Shown here one piece after another: positions 44,406 through 46,186 of a stretch of 46,186 nt of DNA. Source of the DNA: an uncultured Lachnospiraceae bacterium. Lineage in GTDB: Bacteria; Bacillota; Clostridia; Lachnospirales; Lachnospiraceae. The stretch lies in NCBI GenBank assembly GCA_947427625.1, contig CANEIR010000016.1, positions 1 through 46,186 of the forward strand. Direction: 5' to 3'. The notes beneath the pieces are model-generated. The model was not told where the DNA came from, ran no database searches, and saw only the letters and a list, made by a program, of their open reading frames with translations. Position 1 is the stretch's first letter; every line of letters starts with the position of its first letter. Made by a program: the position numbers and the translations under genes.

Positions 44406-46186
44406 TCACACTGCGATCCGCAAACGCTCTGTAATGCTTCCTTTCTCAATAAACCGACAGCACATTAGGGGTACTGCCACTGCCATAAACAGCATAATAG
44501 GCAAGGCTGCCCATAGAGGAGCCAGCGTATAATGATAGGTTATACACCAAGTATTTATCTGTGAAAAAACTGCTGGCATCCCAAACCAGGTCACAAAGAA
44601 AGTTACTGGCAGCAAAATTACGGTCAAAAGAACCGCATGAAGCAAGCCCTCTGTCAGCAAAAGCCATTTCAGCTGTCTGCTTGTCATACCAAGGCTCTGA
44701 TAGACTGCAAATTCTTTTTTTCGCACCATTGTTTTTGTAACCAACATATTGGCAAAGTTCAGCAGACCAATGGTCATCAACACAATCCCGACAATCAGCT
44801 TCGGCAGGCATTCATTCAATCTGGCGTTCTGGAAAGCTTCTTGATAATCGCTGCGCATCCAAACCCCAATCCCGCGATTCAACCCCTGCTTATATAAACT
44901 GAGATAGCGTTCAAATTCCTCCTGCCCACCATGGTCAATGTTGACTGCCAGCTGACGGATACCCTCATCAGGGAACAGCTGATCAAATAGGGACAGTGGT
45001 ACAAAATAAGCCAGATGAAAGCTGGACTCCAAACTGTTACTTCCACTTAAAAATGCGGTATCCCCCATAACAGAAGCCAGCACAGTAAGTTGCTCTCCCC
45101 CCAGCTCCACAGTTTCTCCAGCAGCAGGCGAGGACACGCCCTCCGCATAAGCACCTGCGGCCACAACATACCGCCCATCCGCAAACTGTTCCGCGTCAAA
45201 ATCGCCGCTGGTGACTGGACAGTTATCCAGCACATACCGCAGGTAGGCGTCCTCCAACGCAATCACTATACCATAATAGCTTCCTGTCTGTTCCAGGCAC
45301 TCCAAACCGGTACACCAATCGGGGTAGGCCGCCTGACTTTCTCTGCGGGTCATGGTTTCGTCGTAAGGTTCATTGTAAAAATCCACGATTCGCTGGCGCA
45401 GCTCATCAGAAGCCGTCAGCTTCACTTCCTTAGATTTCAGGACGCTTACTTCCAAAACTTCACTGCGTCCACGCAGATCGCTGACAATCTGTTCTGTGAT
45501 AGCACGATTATTGGGGTTATACCGCTGTACGGTGGAAGCCGCAGAGCCATCCTCGATGGTGTAGTCCCACGGAGACATCCCGTTTAAGTACAGTGCTTCG
45601 TCGTAGCTGGTGTAGCGAATCCAGGTAGAGCAGAGCAATAGAAGGGAGAACAGCAAAGACAGCAATGAAAGAAGGGTACGCCCTTTATTTCTCCACAGGG
45701 AGCGAAAGGCCAGCCGAAAAATACTGACTTTCCCGGTACTGTTACGCCCTCTTCCTTTCGGCATTCGTTCATCCAAATCCCGCAACATCTGTGTCGGTAT
45801 CATTCCGCCTGTCCGAGCAGCAGGCAGAAAGTACGCCAGTAAAACGGTTCCGAAGGTACTGAGTACTGCGAGAGCGAACGGCTCCCAGGACAGGAAGTAG
45901 ATTGCCGGGTTTTGCTCCATGCCAGTCACGATCTGCGGTGTAACCAAATAGTGAATGCCAAATCCCATCAGCCAGCCGGGGAGCAGACCCAAAAGAGAGA
46001 GCAACGCGGCCTTTTCCAACAGAAACCATCGGATCTGCCGCGGTGTCATGCCCAAAGTTTTCAGACCCGCAAAAAAGCGAGTATCCTGATCCATGGTCAT
46101 ATGAATGATACTGTAAATCATCAAAAAACCACACAAAAGCACAACCAATGCAGGAATGTAGAACGGTGTTGCCTGCTTACTTGCCA
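44406..46186 (-). CDS. Second MacB-like FtsX-family ABC permease, 5'-truncated by the window edge.
   Basis: FtsX modules ...VVLLCGFLMIYSIIHMTMDQDTRFFAGLKTLGMTPRQIRWFLLE... and ...LNFANMLVTKTMVRKKEFAVYQSLGMTSRQLKWLLL... The reading frame stays open to position 46186 (...ASKQATPFYIPALVV...), so the true start lies beyond the window. Confidence 0.8.
   Translation of the reverse strand, partial: ASKQATPFYIPALVVLLCGFLMIYSIIHMTMDQDTRFFAGLKTLGMTPRQIRWFLLEKAALLSLLGLLPGWLMGFGIHYLVTPQIVTGMEQNPAIYFLSWEPFALAVLSTFGTVLLAYFLPAARTGGMIPTQMLRDLDERMPKGRGRNSTGKVSIFRLAFRSLWRNKGRTLLSLLSLLFSLLLLCSTWIRYTSYDEALYLNGMSPWDYTIEDGSAASTVQRYNPNNRAITEQIVSDLRGRSEVLEVSVLKSKEVKLTASDELRQRIVDFYNEPYDETMTRRESQAAYPDWCTGLECLEQTGSYYGIVIALEDAYLRYVLDNCPVTSGDFDAEQFADGRYVVAAGAYAEGVSSPAAGETVELGGEQLTVLASVMGDTAFLSGSNSLESSFHLAYFVPLSLFDQLFPDEGIRQLAVNIDHGGQEEFERYLSLYKQGLNRGIGVWMRSDYQEAFQNARLNECLPKLIVGIVLMTIGLLNFANMLVTKTMVRKKEFAVYQSLGMTSRQLKWLLLTEGLLHAVLLTVILLPVTFFVTWFGMPAVFSQINTWCITYHYTLAPLWAALPIMLFMAVAVPLMCCRFIEKGSITERLRIAV

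Noticed and set aside
1-46186. Search for CRISPR repeats, tRNA or rRNA genes, and IS/transposase/integrase genes.
   Set aside because: There are no regularly spaced direct repeats of 24-48 bp with spacers, and no cloverleaf-like GC-rich 75-90-nt islands in intergenic regions. No transposase-like or integrase-like ORFs and no terminal inverted repeats were seen. The window appears to be core chromosome plus a sugar-utilisation island, without obvious mobile DNA.

Overview
This 46.2-kb window looks like a low-GC, spore-forming Firmicute (Clostridia-like) chromosome. That call rests on spoVAA-spoVAB-spoVAC, a GerA/SpoVAF-family gene, GGAGG-type RBSs, and a LacI/cre-operator sugar locus. Nearly everything except pyrG, an XRE regulator, a MATE pump and an M42 peptidase is on the minus strand. 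From left to right I read: pyrG with a leader hairpin; a SunS-like GT2-TPR glycosyltransferase downstream of two BspA-type LRR surface proteins; an archaeal-type Asp/Asn-tRNA synthetase with a terminator/antiterminator leader; and an XRE regulator. Next comes a ~16-kb LacI-controlled glycan-utilisation operon: two unusual solute-binding proteins, two MalF/MalG-like permease pairs with no ATPase, a GH30 lipoprotein and a GH35 beta-galactosidase. Inside that operon sits an uncharacterised trio: an NHL beta-propeller/TPR protein, a Yip1-family membrane protein and an ~880-aa single-pass ectoprotein. After that come sporulation genes, housekeeping genes (RdgB/Ham1, DUF523, GrpB), and two tandem MacB/FtsX-type ABC systems, the last of which runs off the window edge. 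The most striking feature is a self-contained two-gene operon at 36.6-40.4 kb: an ~864-aa homologue of the eukaryotic major vault protein, immediately followed by an RtcB RNA ligase. It has its own near-consensus sigma-A promoter and terminators on both sides. I saw no rRNA, tRNA, CRISPR array or IS/transposase. Positions of non-coding features are hand-counted and may be off by 1-2 nt. All protein identifications are motif-level calls from the given translations, without database searches.
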